A program made the translations under genes and the position numbers. A DNA stretch of 64,000 nucleotides from an uncultured virus (IMG/VR IMGVR_UViG_2049941000_000050) (Duplodnaviria > Heunggongvirae > Uroviricota > Caudoviricetes), in IMG/VR virus record IMGVR_UViG_2049941000_000050. One strand, 5' to 3'. Numbering within the stretch: position 1 is the first letter of the stretch; each line of letters opens with the position of its first letter. The notes beneath the pieces are model-generated. The model had not been told where the DNA came from. It did no database searches and was given only the letters and a program-made list of their open reading frames with translations. Shown here in pieces: positions 9,970-20,987 of the stretch.

Positions 9970-11871
9970 TCAGTGCTTGTTGAACACGAGGTTGTAGGCG
10001 ACCTTTCCACCCGGTCCCCATAGCTTTCCGTAACACGCGCCGCACGACGAGCAGGTGATTTTGGAGTCGGAGTATTCCGTGCAAGGACAGACGTACTTAT
10101 CCCGCATCAGTATGCCGTTTTTCCCGACGGAGACGATTTTCTCGTCTTTTTTCCTTTTCCCGCCCGACATTTGGTCGACAGTGTTGCCAATTTTGTCCAG
10201 AAAACCCTCGCTCTTCGAGCCCTCGTTGATATAGGCGACGGGGAATTTCTTCTGGAGCTCAACGTCCGGGACAAAATAGTCTCCCCATGCGGAGAGAATT
10301 ATGTGGAGGTTTCTCGGCGGGTTGACGTTCTTCACCCGGTCGTAAATCTTTGTGTAAAGCCAGAACTCGACGCTCGGGCACGCTTCCGCGACCCTGAAGA
10401 TTGTTTCGAGATATCCGGCGGGCTTTATGTCGCCCGAGACGTTGAACCGGAAAAGCCTCACCTTCGACTTCGGGTGTTTCAGGAACGCGGTAAGCTGGTC
10501 GAACAGCCTCTGCGGTCCGTCTGGCTCGAGGAACATCGTGTAGTTCTTCAGCCACGCGGCCCTGGTTCCGTTGTAGAAAAACGCGTCTGCCGCGTAGCAC
10601 CCGTCGCGGAGGCACGGGACGTTGTCGGCGCAGGTAATCCCGGGCGGCATCGAGAAGCTCGCCACGTCGGACTCGCCGATTTTCTGACCCTTGGTCTGCA
10701 CGTTGAAAGTCTCCCAGTAGAGTTTCCCGTGGAACCATCCCTTCCAGCTGTACATCCTAGCGTCCTTTTCCGGAACCTGCCCCAACTCCCGAACGAGTTT
10801 CTTCAGCTCGTCGTCCGTGAGCGGGCGTTCCGTCCCGCCCGCGTCTTTGACCGTGAAGGTTTTCTTCTCCCAGTCGTAGCCGTAAAACTTTTTCGTTTTT
10901 TTCGGCTTGCCCGAGGACACGTTCAGCACCGATAGAATCTTTTCCTCGTCGGACGAGTCTATGTCCTGCCAGTTTTCCTTCGGGAAGTGCTGTAAGCGCA
11001 TGAGACCCGTCTCGTCTATCTCCCAGTCCTTGTCGGAAAGACCGGTTATTTTCCGCATGGAGCCGTCGTACGACTTTTTGTCGCCGTTTTGGGCGTACCA
11101 TATTCTGTAGAAGGTGTCTCGACCGTACTTTTTCGCGACGCGGTCGTTTATCTCCTTGTTCAACTTTTTGTACGAAACGGCTCTAAGCTTTTTCGCCAGT
11201 GAGGCGATTTCTTCTTCGGACGCGCCCTCCGGAAGGTCGGACTTCGGGACGGAGAGGAGCTTCCCGTCGACAAAAACGAACCCGTGGGTTCTCAGTGTCG
11301 GTCCTGACGACTTCTTGTGGACAGCGTTCTTCTGGTCGAGAATCTGCTCGATGTCGTCCTTGGTCAGTGCATGGTACTTGTTCTCGTCGAACTCCTTCTT
11401 GTAGATTTTCCCGTTCTTAATGGTATAGTTCGACGCGGTTTTCTTGAATTTCTTGAAGGAGAGGGACTGCTCCGCGTTGGATTTGGACGAGTCGTGACGG
11501 TGCTTTTCCAGATATTTTATCGTTCTGGTGTCAGCTTTTCCTGTTTCGCCGGTCTCCTCGTCGAAAATGTCATCCTCGGTCAGGAACCAGGGGATTTCCT
11601 CCTCTTCCTCGGCTACGACATCGCCGTCGTTTTCCACGTCCGGAAGAAAAACGGTCGTGTCCCCGCCCCAGAATTTCAGTTTCGACGGGTCTTCGTCCTC
11701 AAGTTCCCCTTCAAGCTCCTCGACCTCCTTCTCGGCGTCCATTTTTTCAAGAAGCTCGCCAATCGGGTGGGTTTCCCACCCGTCAAATTCCCCGCTTCCT
11801 CCGCATTCGGCGCGGCAGTCCCTAAAAATGTCTTCCTTGTTCTCGGTTATGAACTTTCTGAGGCTTTCCAT
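9970..11871 (-). CDS. Large protein with acidic N-terminus and C-terminal GP88-like Cys-rich domain
   Basis: SFSMPPGITC...C...CYA, LFRFNVSGD, FWLYTK, C-terminal CP...CSSCGAC. Confidence 0.65.
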   Translation of the reverse strand: MESLRKFITENKEDIFRDCRAECGGSGEFDGWETHPIGELLEKMDAEKEVEELEGELEDEDPSKLKFWGGDTTVFLPDVENDGDVVAEEEEEIPWFLTEDDIFDEETGETGKADTRTIKYLEKHRHDSSKSNAEQSLSFKKFKKTASNYTIKNGKIYKKEFDENKYHALTKDDIEQILDQKNAVHKKSSGPTLRTHGFVFVDGKLLSVPKSDLPEGASEEEIASLAKKLRAVSYKKLNKEINDRVAKKYGRDTFYRIWYAQNGDKKSYDGSMRKITGLSDKDWEIDETGLMRLQHFPKENWQDIDSSDEEKILSVLNVSSGKPKKTKKFYGYDWEKKTFTVKDAGGTERPLTDDELKKLVRELGQVPEKDARMYSWKGWFHGKLYWETFNVQTKGQKIGESDVASFSMPPGITCADNVPCLRDGCYAADAFFYNGTRAAWLKNYTMFLEPDGPQRLFDQLTAFLKHPKSKVRLFRFNVSGDIKPAGYLETIFRVAEACPSVEFWLYTKIYDRVKNVNPPRNLHIILSAWGDYFVPDVELQKKFPVAYINEGSKSEGFLDKIGNTVDQMSGGKRKKDEKIVSVGKNGILMRDKYVCPCTEYSDSKITCSSCGACYGKLWGPGGKVAYNLVFNKH

Positions 11872-12308
11872 GGTTTTCCCTTAAGGATATTTGGATTATT
11901 TACCCCATCTTGGGTGACGAGAATCTCCCCGTCGAAGTCGGCGAAACGGGATTTCATACATTTAAGGGTGGATTCCGGCACGTTGTGCACATTGCCGAAA
12001 TCGTTCCCCATCCTGATTACGGACAACTCGGCTCCGCACTCTTCCGTGAGGGAAATGTATTTCTCCATTTCCTGTCGGGTTGTGAATGTGTTGCAGACAA
12101 CGACGTCCATACCGGATTTTAAAGCGTTCCGACACGTATCGAAACACCACCTCACGGCTTCGCCCTGCCTTTTTCCCGTCCATCTGTACTCTCCCCCGGA
12201 AACGTGGTACATATCGTTCTCGAGCACAAGACAGTTGAAATTATTTTTGGCGTAGGTCGATTTTCCGGAACCGGGGAGACCGCGAACTAGTGTCAGTTTG
12301 TTTTTCAT
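11847..12308 (-). CDS. Small P-loop kinase (AAA_33-like)
   Basis: RGLPGSGKST, VVVCNTF, NVHNVP. Confidence 0.85.
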   Translation of the reverse strand: MKNKLTLVRGLPGSGKSTYAKNNFNCLVLENDMYHVSGGEYRWTGKRQGEAVRWCFDTCRNALKSGMDVVVCNTFTTRQEMEKYISLTEECGAELSVIRMGNDFGNVHNVPESTLKCMKSRFADFDGEILVTQDGVNNPNILKGKPWKASESS

Positions 12309-12316
12309 GGTCGGGG

Positions 12317-12345
12317 ATTTTAAGATTACCGCACGTTTTTGTCAA
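12317..12345 (-). promoter_or_regulatory. Host sigma70-type (early) promoter
   Basis: TTGACA-17 nt-TAAAAT just upstream of ATG 12308. Confidence 0.8.
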
Positions 12346-12373
12346 GGTTTTTTCTCGAAATTGCACGTTTTTG

Positions 12374-12685
12374 TCAGGATTTTCTCTTGGAATCGCTCAT
12401 TTTTGTCGAATTCGTTGAAAAACACGGGTGTTTTCTCCTCCATTCCACGAAGGAAGAAAATTTTTGGTCGTTCCTTAGCGATTCGATTGTGTTCAACCTT
12501 TTCCTCAGCTCCCCGTCGCTGAAATAAGCGTGGATTGTTCTGTGACACGTTCCGCAGACATATATGTGGTTTTCGGGGTCGTTCTTCTTCTTGGAGTTTT
12601 TCCCGCGACATTCCCTGACCGGAATCAGGTGGTGCTTTTCGAGTTTTTCCTCGAGACCACACAGCTGACATTTTCCGTATTCCAT
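12374..12685 (-). CDS. Small HNH endonuclease-like protein
   Basis: CQLC...EKHHLIP...N...CGTCHRTIH. Confidence 0.8.
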   Translation of the reverse strand: MEYGKCQLCGLEEKLEKHHLIPVRECRGKNSKKKNDPENHIYVCGTCHRTIHAYFSDGELRKRLNTIESLRNDQKFSSFVEWRRKHPCFSTNSTKMSDSKRKS

Positions 12686-12749
12686 AAGGAATATTCTACG
12701 GAAAAATCTATTTAGCGGTAAATATTCCAAAAACGGGAACCGAACCACC

Positions 12750-13958
12750 ATGAACCAGTTTAATTATGATTTCAACGAATACCAGAGGTCGTTCAACAGA
12801 ATCGCGAGGGAAATCCTTTTCGAGTCGAGCCAAGCGGACGAGGAAAACTGCCCCGTCGACGACGATGTCTAGGAGGCGTGCGACAGGATGGACGAGTCCG
12901 AAGTCACGTACCAGAAGATAAAGCGGATTCTGAACACCCCCGAAATGATAAAGTCCCACGCGTACCTATATTCCCTCAACATGGAGGACGTCGACGAGTG
13001 CGACAAGCTTAAAATCGACAAGCTGTACAAGCTGGGACAGGCTCGCGGAGTAATCCCCCCGGACAAAGAAGACGACGATGATGGAGACCGCGGGGACGAG
13101 GATGAGTACGACGAGTACGGCGGGTACAGCGACGACGAAATCTGCGGCGGTCCGGACGATTTCCTCCAGAAAACCGAGCTGGACGCGTTCGGTGGCGACG
13201 ACGGCGGAGAAAGATGCTCGTACACTGTCCTTTACTCCGCGACCAAAAACGGGAAAATAAAGACCGGCGAGTACTACTCGACCGCGTCCAGCCAAGAGGA
13301 CGCAAAGCGCGAGTGCGAAAACAGCCTCGTCCCCTTCGGGTACGGCGATATAAAGGTCCTCGGAATCGAAAAGAGTGGAGAAACCTGCGGAAGCTCAAGC
13401 ATCGAGGGTCTTTTCGAGGACGACTCCGAGGATTACGAGAAACAGGAGACCGGCGATATCTCCGAGCCCGAGACCGAGGAAAAACCGAAAGACGAAAAGC
13501 CAGCCGAAGAGCCGGAAACCGAAGAGAAGCCGGAGAAAGAAGAGAAGCCGGAGAAAGAAGAGAAGAAGGATTCCGGGAAAGAAGAAGAAAAGAAAGAGGT
13601 AAATCCCGAACCCGAGAAGAAATCCGAAAAGGACGAAACCCCGGAGAAGGAAGACTCAGCCGAGGAAGGGACCCCGGAGGAAAAACCCGAGCCGGACAAG
13701 AAAGAGGATGGGGGTGAGGACGAAAAGACCGAACTCACCCCCGCCCAGAAGCAGAACCTCAAGGATGAATATGTGGGGTTGTTCAAGTCCGTTCTCCACG
13801 ACGGCGGTCTGGAAAAATCCGTGAGCGAGATGTCGATTCAGGAAAAGTCCGACTTCTGGGCGACCATATCCGAAAAATGGACGAGGGAAGAGCCGTCCGA
13901 ATTCATGTCCAAGAACGACATAAAAGACCTCGATGAATTGGTCGTCAAAACGAAGTGA
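12750..13958 (+). CDS. Acidic protein with E/K/P-rich linker, probable head protein (TAG at 12870)
   Basis: ATG 12750 after GTAAATA is in frame with 12888..13958 through one TAG. Confidence 0.75.
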
Positions 13959-13978
13959 CGGTTGGTTAAATTTCCCGT

Positions 13979-14224
13979 ATGACGTATAACGGTAAAGAAG
14001 TATCCCCGCACGCGAAGTGCTGTCTCAACTGCGGGGCATTTGACGAGAGGACCGGGTTTTGCAGGAGGCACCCCCCAAAACCGATTCCGATGCAGTACGT
14101 CAAAAGCCCGCAGTACTATATCCCGGTGTTCCCGAAAATAGCGATGCCGCACGTGGACTGGTGCGCCGACGGGCTGTTCGATAATGCGGGGGAAGAGTGT
14201 CCGCACGACCTGGAGATGATATGA
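13979..14224 (+). CDS. Small Cys-rich hypothetical protein
   Basis: CCLNC...GFCRRHPP...DWC. Confidence 0.7.
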   Translation: MTYNGKEVSPHAKCCLNCGAFDERTGFCRRHPPKPIPMQYVKSPQYYIPVFPKIAMPHVDWCADGLFDNAGEECPHDLEMI

Positions 14225-14601
14225 AGGTAACCAGAAACATTCTCGACAACGACAAGGTCATAGTCCACCTGGAGTACACCAACCAGGAGCTCCAGCAGGT
14301 CCGCCAGGATTGCCTCGAAAGGTCCATGCGCCGGGCGATGGACAAGCAAATAAAGAACGAGGAACTGAGACTGAAGAGAGCGGAAACCACCGAGAAAATC
14401 CGACAGCAGTTGGAGGAGCGGAACGCGAAATCCCAACCCCAGGTTTACGAGCTGACAGACGAGGACTACGAGGAAATTTTCTACTGGGGGGAAGAGGAGG
14501 AATCCGAAGAATACAAGGAATAGGAAGAGATTCCCTCGGGGGAGCAGAAAGAGAAAGAACCCCCGAAGGAAGAGGCACCCCCCTCCAAAGAGTCCAAATG
14601 A
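14221..14601 (+). CDS. Hypothetical protein (TAG at 14521)
   Basis: Reading through TAG ends at TGA 14601, directly at the terminator. Confidence 0.7.
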
Positions 14602-14626
14602 CGCGGCTTTCGCCGCGTTTTTTTTT
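14601..14626 (+). terminator. Intrinsic terminator
   Basis: ACGCGGC-TTTC-GCCGCGT followed by T-run. Confidence 0.8.
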
Positions 14627-14640
14627 GTATAATATTTTTT

Positions 14641-15516
14641 GTGGAAAACAGCGAGAAAATAGACGCCGTCATAACATACGTGGATAATTCCGACCCGGTG
14701 TGGCTGGAAAATTTTCTGAAATACTGCGACTCTTCCGACACCCCGAGATACAGACCATACGGGACTCTCCCCCTTTTTGTAAGGGGGATACGGAAATTCA
14801 TGCCCTTCGTGGGAAAGATTTTCCTCGTTGTCTCCAACCCGGAACAGGTACCCGCTGAGCTGGGCGGAAAGGTCGAAGTCGTTCTCCACAAAAGCATAAT
14901 TCCCGAAAAATACCTCCCGACATTCAACTCCACCACTATCGAGATGTTTCTCCACAAAATACCCGGTCTCTCAGAAAGGTACGTGTATTTCAACGACGAC
15001 ATGTTCCCAGTCGGGAAGCTTTCCGAGACGGACTTCTTTAGGGGTGGGAAACCCGTTTACTTCAAGATGTGCGGCGACGAAAGGGGTACAATCTGGACGA
15101 GGCAGATTTACAACAGCTACCGTTTGGCGAAGCGGGTTTCCGGGTATAGCGCGGACGAGCACGGGGTCGGCGGAGGGAAATACTTTTACGTCCGGCACTC
15201 ACCGACCCCGCTACTGAAATCCGACTGCGAGGAAATCTTCTCTGCGGCGGAAAAGGACATTCTGTACAGCCTGACCAAACTGAGGGAGCCGTTCAACTTC
15301 ACACAGTACCTCTTCTCGGATTACTCGATGATGAAGGGGAATTACGCCAGCGGGGGCTTCCCGTTCGCGTTCTATACGGTTTTGGAGCTGGACGCTCTGG
15401 AAGAGGACCTGAAAAGCGGGAAAAGCCTCGCGGTGTGCGTCAACGACGCCGACACCCCAGACAACGAGAGAACGGGAAAACGCCTCCGCGAGATTCTGTC
15501 CTTGAAAATGGATTAA
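14641..15516 (+). CDS. Stealth-family hexose-1-phosphate transferase
   Basis: CR1 IDAVITYVD, CR2 LPTFNSTTIE...IPGLSERYVYFNDDMF, CR3 HSPTP, CR4 CVND. Confidence 0.88.
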   Translation: MENSEKIDAVITYVDNSDPVWLENFLKYCDSSDTPRYRPYGTLPLFVRGIRKFMPFVGKIFLVVSNPEQVPAELGGKVEVVLHKSIIPEKYLPTFNSTTIEMFLHKIPGLSERYVYFNDDMFPVGKLSETDFFRGGKPVYFKMCGDERGTIWTRQIYNSYRLAKRVSGYSADEHGVGGGKYFYVRHSPTPLLKSDCEEIFSAAEKDILYSLTKLREPFNFTQYLFSDYSMMKGNYASGGFPFAFYTVLELDALEEDLKSGKSLAVCVNDADTPDNERTGKRLREILSLKMD

Positions 15517-15521
15517 AAAAA

Positions 15522-16211
15522 ATGATTCCGAAAAACCTTATATTCTGCTGGGTCGGGAAAGATGTTCCCGAGTACGCCAAATTCGCGATGGATACCTTCG
15601 GGGAAATGAACCCCGGGTTTAAACTAATTTTCGTCCACGAGCCGGACATCGAAAATCTCCAAAACCCCGACGCGAGGAAATGCATGTCGCTGGTGAAGTC
15701 CAAGCGCGGCAACATTTACCGGCACATAACGAACCGACCATTCGCGAAAAGCGTCATGAGCAAATTTAAGGGGGGAGAGACAACCGCGTTCACGGACGCG
15801 CTGAGGATTTTCCTCGTGAACAAATACGGCGGGATTTACCTCGACACGGACACGTTTCCTGTGAAACCTTTTGACAGCGAACTACTGTCGAGGGATTTCG
15901 CCGTCATAAATTTTCCGAATAGCGGTACAAACGCGTATTACGACATTTTTTTCTTCGGGTGTGAGCCCGGTTTTGTGGGAAAGGGATTGGTGGGCGTCAA
16001 GGACAGGAAGGTGCACGAGTGGGTGTTCGACCCGTGCGTCCGGCAGATATACTACCCGCTGGACATAAGCAGATGCTCGAAAACCAAGGCGGAAAAGCTC
16101 GGGAAAAAGTTCCGCGAGGGAACCTTAACCGTTGGCGAGACGCTGATGGAAAAAGATTATATCCCGAACTACTACATCGACCATTTCCGGTTCGGAAGCT
16201 GGAGAAGATAA
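15522..16211 (+). CDS. DXD glycosyltransferase (GT32/OCH1-like)
   Basis: MIPKNLIFCWVG, DALRIFLVNKYGGIYLDTD. Confidence 0.85.
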   Translation: MIPKNLIFCWVGKDVPEYAKFAMDTFGEMNPGFKLIFVHEPDIENLQNPDARKCMSLVKSKRGNIYRHITNRPFAKSVMSKFKGGETTAFTDALRIFLVNKYGGIYLDTDTFPVKPFDSELLSRDFAVINFPNSGTNAYYDIFFFGCEPGFVGKGLVGVKDRKVHEWVFDPCVRQIYYPLDISRCSKTKAEKLGKKFREGTLTVGETLMEKDYIPNYYIDHFRFGSWRR

Positions 16212-17648
16212 TTAAAGGACTCCAACCTCCGGTCCGCAAGTAAACGGAACGGAACCGAGATTCTCGAAAAACTGACCGGAAACGTTGTCGTAAAATTTTC
16301 CGACGTCTTCTACCTTGACCGGAACCAAATCCAAAACCAGTGTATCGTTGTGCTTTATCTGAAAACCATACATTCTCACGTTCGCGGTCGAATTGAATAA
16401 CACCATCGTCCCGGTATCCTCTGTGCCACTTGGAGCAGTTAGAGTAACGGACTGAAGTTGAGTTCCCGATGTTGAAAATATCGTGAGAGATTGGTATTTG
16501 AGATGGACAACCTTTCTGGTCGATAGGTCTATGGTTGCAGTGGTTTGGGAACTAGCCTATCTCCTATAGCCGAAATAATATTTGTTAGCGGTTGTTTGAT
16601 AATGAATGAATCTCGTCGCCGCCGCGGATTCCGAAGTATAGGTTCCAAAATACCGAGCCCAATTTGATGTGGGTGCGCCCATAACCTACATATCGGCTAT
16701 AATCTCAAAATTATTATCGGTTATTTTTATTCCGGTATCCACTCTCGTACCAGAACCGGAACTGTAAAGATACTCAACCTGGATTACCTGTGGGGGAGTG
16801 GGTCCGGAAGATGAACCGCTTGAAGAACCGGAACCGCTTGAAGAACCGGAACCGGAAGACGGTGTGTGCGGATTTATTACAACGATGCCTTCCTGACAAT
16901 AACACACAACCATGTGTGTTATTCCCTACCTGTCAATTCCGATTTTCATTTCGAGTGCGTGTTGGGTCACCCAAGTCGTTGTCTGCCCGTAAAAACGGAC
17001 CGTTTCCAAACCGGCACAATCGATAAAGGTGTCCGTCGTATCGAAATAACAGTCTTTGCCGAAACTCATCGATTCGACCGCATCTATAGTCATTCCATTG
17101 GCAAGATTACTGCTCAGCGTCGAAGAGTCTATCGCCGTGGTAATCCACCTTATGGTGTAGTTCCCAGCTCCGTCCGCCATAACCACGCTATAGTCGGTCC
17201 TCGCGGAGCCGGAACCGCTTCCCTGCGAATTTCCGTTAACGACGATGATTCCGTCGTTACAGTATACCACCACCATGTGCGTCTTTCCCTACGGGTTGAC
17301 GCCTATTTTCCAAGTCTGTATTTTGTCCTGGACGAAACTCACCGTGTAAAGGCTTCCCTCGAGCTTTATGTACTCGATGCTGTCGCAGTAAAGGAAAATC
17401 CCGTCGCTCGGGTCGAGGGTTATCCCGCTCGGAAACACGATAGAGGCTATTTTCTCCTCCTCGCCACGGATGTTGTCGGCGAGCGTCTGTTGGGTGAAGT
17501 CGGTTTGCGCGGTGTAAGTGAAGGCTTCCCCGTAACCGTCGGTGTATGTCAGTTTAACCCTCCGCGGGTTTCCCGGTCTCTGGTCCACGAGAATCTGTTT
17601 CACGCTGTCCTGGGGCTCGCCCAAAAAATACGCTATGTTGACCGCCAT
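16212..17648 (-). CDS. Tail-fibre-associated protein, tandem modules plus lectin-like C-terminal domain (TAGs 17291, 16928, 16688, 16559)
   Basis: Four track ORFs join in one frame (478 aa); C-terminal VEYLYSSG...DLVPVK...FYDNVSGQFFENLG. Confidence 0.75.
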
Positions 17649-17660
17649 CGGAACCCCCGG

Positions 17661-20600
17661 TTAGTTAATCTGCTTCGCGTTCGCCACATACGCGCTCGGC
17701 ATTATCTGCGTGAACGACATCATCGTGTAAACGGTTGCGGTCGCGTCGCAGTTAATTACCGGAATGTTGCCGTCGTCTGTGAAAACGTTTATCCCCGTCG
17801 TAACGCTCAGCGTCGGCGCGGAAGCCATTCCCGGGCACTCGAATATGATAACAAAATCGTTAACCTCGCCGCTTACGCTGGGCGGCAACGGGATAACCAC
17901 CTTACCGGTGATGCCGGAGTCGACGCTGACGTGGGTTATGGTGTTGGTTTTAACGCTTATTGTCTGGTTGCCGCTGGCCAGCGTCCCGCTGTCCTCCACG
18001 AGTGTGTACTGCGTCGCGGAGGAAAGCGTGCTGACCGCGTCGTCGAAATCGTTCTTTCCGACAAAATCCTGCTGAATCTGCCACATCGGCATCGCGTCGT
18101 CCAACTCCTCGGCCTCGGCAACGTTAGCGACCCTCGCGCCGTACATATCGTTGTACTCCGCGCTCGTGACGTAAAGCGTGTTAGAGAGAATCTGGTTGTT
18201 GGCGAGAAGTGATTGGTAATCCGACAGCGCGATGTGCATCATGTTCACGTTATCGAAGTTCCCGTCCACGGAAACCGCGCTCTTTTTGGAAATCGCCTGG
18301 GTAACCGTAACCCGCTCGAAGTAAGACGAGGTGTTCGCCCACGTTCCCGACGCGTGGTCCGCCTTACAGATATAATACTGTTGGGTCGCCGGATAAAACA
18401 CCATCGTCCCCTCTTTGTACGCCTGTGAGGTCAGAAAATCTGGCGGACGCTCATAATTGGAAATCAGTGTGTTGAGATACGACGGGGATGTGGCGTACCC
18501 GATTCCGTACGTGCTGGAAAGGTTGGACGACGTGTAGCTGGTCAAAACCATGACCAGACCGGACTTGTCTGTGGTACCCTTATTGGGTAGCAACGCCACC
18601 CAGTTGGTGCCGTCAAACTCAAACCCAATCGTCTGCCCGCCGTACCAGATGCTCTTGTTGAAGTTGTAATCGGTTGTGGAACCGTTGATTTTAACATCCA
18701 CCGCCCCGGCGGAGTTGACGTTCAGCTGGAGGGTGCTCGTACCCGTGTGGGCGTAGGTAAACTGCACGAACACTATCCGACCCTTGGCGTTGCCGGGGAA
18801 GGACGGGCAAGAGATTACCTTGGTGTTGGCGGAAGCCGCCGTCGAGCACGTCCCGAAATAAACCTCGGCGTCTCTTGAGCTGAGGTACGCCGAGATGGAG
18901 TCCACCTCGGTTTTAGTGTAATAGTCAGAGAGCGACTGGTGTGAGGTAAGGAAATCGCCAGAAAGGCTCTGGAACACGGGGTCCGTTTCCGTGAAAGATG
19001 TCAGCATTTTGTGGTTCAGGACCGAAATCGCGTCGCCAATCCTGAAAACCTCGAATTTGCTAGAAACCGTGTTCCAGTCCTGGTTCCCGGGAACAGCTTC
19101 CTTACACCGATAAACCTGTCCATTGTACTCAACCATGTCATCGATTGAATACGCAACATCTGAAAGCCACGTCGTCGGATAGACCTTCTGGGAGACCGCG
19201 TTGCTGACGTAGTTGTCCCTGGCGGTGAGAATCGCGGAAATCGAGCTGATTGTCGCGGTCAGGTTTCCCGACATGGTGGTGCTCAGCCATCGGTCGTTCG
19301 AGGTCAGGCGGTTGAACACGTTAGTGGTCAGCGTTGAGCTCAGCCACGTTTTGTCCTGACTGTAAGCCGTCGAGTCCACCTTCGCGGTCAGGAGTGTCCC
19401 GCTGATATAGTCCATCCCGCCGGTCAGAACCGAGGAAACGGAATCGACTATCGAGGTGACCTCCCCTTTGCTGTAAAAGTTGGTCAGCGTTTCCGGAATG
19501 GCGGTGATGGTGTTGCTAAGAAACTGAATCCCGGCGTTGAGTGTCGACGAGACAGAGCTTATCGTCGCCGTCAGGTTTCCCGACATGGTGGTGCTCAGCC
19601 ATCGGTCGTTGGCAGTCAGTTTCCCGCTCAGCGTCTGAATCTCGCTTTTATTGTAATAGTTGGTCAGCGACTGGTGCGAGGTCAGCATCATTCCCTTGTA
19701 CATATTGAGAATGTCCCCTATCGGGTATTCCGAGAAACTGGTTGACACCTCGGACCATTCCCCAGCCGTGAGGACGTTGGACTGACAGACGTACATTTTG
19801 CCGTCAACCGTCACGCAGTCGCCGATGTTGTACGTTGAAGACTGGCTGAATTCCTGGGTTGCATTTATCTTGAGCAGTAGTTCGTTCGAGACCGAGCTGA
19901 TTGTGCTCGTCAGGTTCCCGGACATGGTCGTGCTGAGCCAGTCGTCGTTCGCTGTGAGTTTTCCGCTGAGGGTCTGAATCTCGCTCTTGGTGTAATAGTT
20001 GGTCAACGACTGGTGGGACGTGAGAAACTGGCTGGAAAGGCTTTTGAATACGGGGTCCGTTTCCGCGGTAATCATCGCCCCGCTGACATAGGAAATCTCG
20101 TCGGAAAGCCTGGAGTTTATCGAGTTTATCGAGTCGCCGAGGCTTTTCTATGTGAAATTGGAAGAGGTGTCTGCCCACGTCCCGGTGCTGTCGGAGGAGC
20201 ACTGGTAAACCATTCCCGCCGTCAGGACGCAGTCCCCGACCTTATACTGGGTCAAGGAGTTGAAGGCGGTCGGATAAACGAACCCGGTCAGCGTGTTGAA
20301 CACGGAATATCCGGTTTCCGCTCCACTGGCTCGTGCCGCCGTTATCTGCGTCGTGAGAAGTTTCACGGTTCCCTGGTACGCGGAGGTTGCCGAAGGCGGG
20401 GAAACTACGTGGAAGTATGTCCCGTCGTACGCGATGGGGACAATCTGGTTTGCGTACCACATTCTCACGGTTGGTTTGGTGGTTCCGTACCAGTAGAGGT
20501 TTTTGGCCGAGTCGGGCAGACCGTTTACCGAAATCAAAGGCGTCGCGGCTGAATTCGTGACCGTGAATTTGGTAATGAAAATCTACCCAGCGGAAAGCTG

Positions 20601-20843
20601 TCTTATCCCGTCGCAGGAAATCACTTTCGTGGCGGTTGCTGAAGGCGTGGAACAACTTGCGAAGAAAACGTTCTCATTGTCTATGAACGGAGTGTTCAAA
20701 TACGTATCGCCGGTTCCGAGCTTCATGCTCGTCCCGACGGGGGTTTGCACAAAAATCAGCTCGTTTGAACTTAAAGTCGGATTGACACTCTCCCAATTCG
20801 CCTCGGTGTCAGTTCTCTGGATAATCCTAGCTTTAATCGACAT
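17661..20843 (-). CDS. Tail fibre protein with Mtd_N-like N-terminus, ~1060 aa (TAGs 20585, 20150)
   Basis: RIIQRTDTEANW...MKLGTG; three ORFs join in frame; S/T-rich repeats. Confidence 0.8.
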
Positions 20844-20905
20844 GTCTTTACCTGGAAATTGACTCTCTTTTTATTTACGTGTCGAGAAGGAAAGGAACGG
20901 GAAAA

Positions 20906-20943
20906 ACAAAAAAAGAATCCTCCTTTCGGAGGATTCTTTTTCT
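20906..20943. terminator. Intrinsic terminator (bidirectional form)
   Basis: AAAAGAATCCTCC-TTTC-GGAGGATTCTTTT. Confidence 0.85.
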
Positions 20944-20987
20944 ATTGTTTAGGTTCGGAACGGGGATTATCAACTTACTTGGATATC

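Noticed and set aside
12331..12376. 14-nt direct repeat GCACGTTTTTGTCA overlapping the -35 box
   Set aside because: Only two copies; could be a duplicated promoter or operator but support is insufficient
13460..13700. CRISPR-like or tandem repeat (GAAGAGAAGCCGGAGAAA)
   Set aside because: Low-complexity E/K/P coding linker with no spacers
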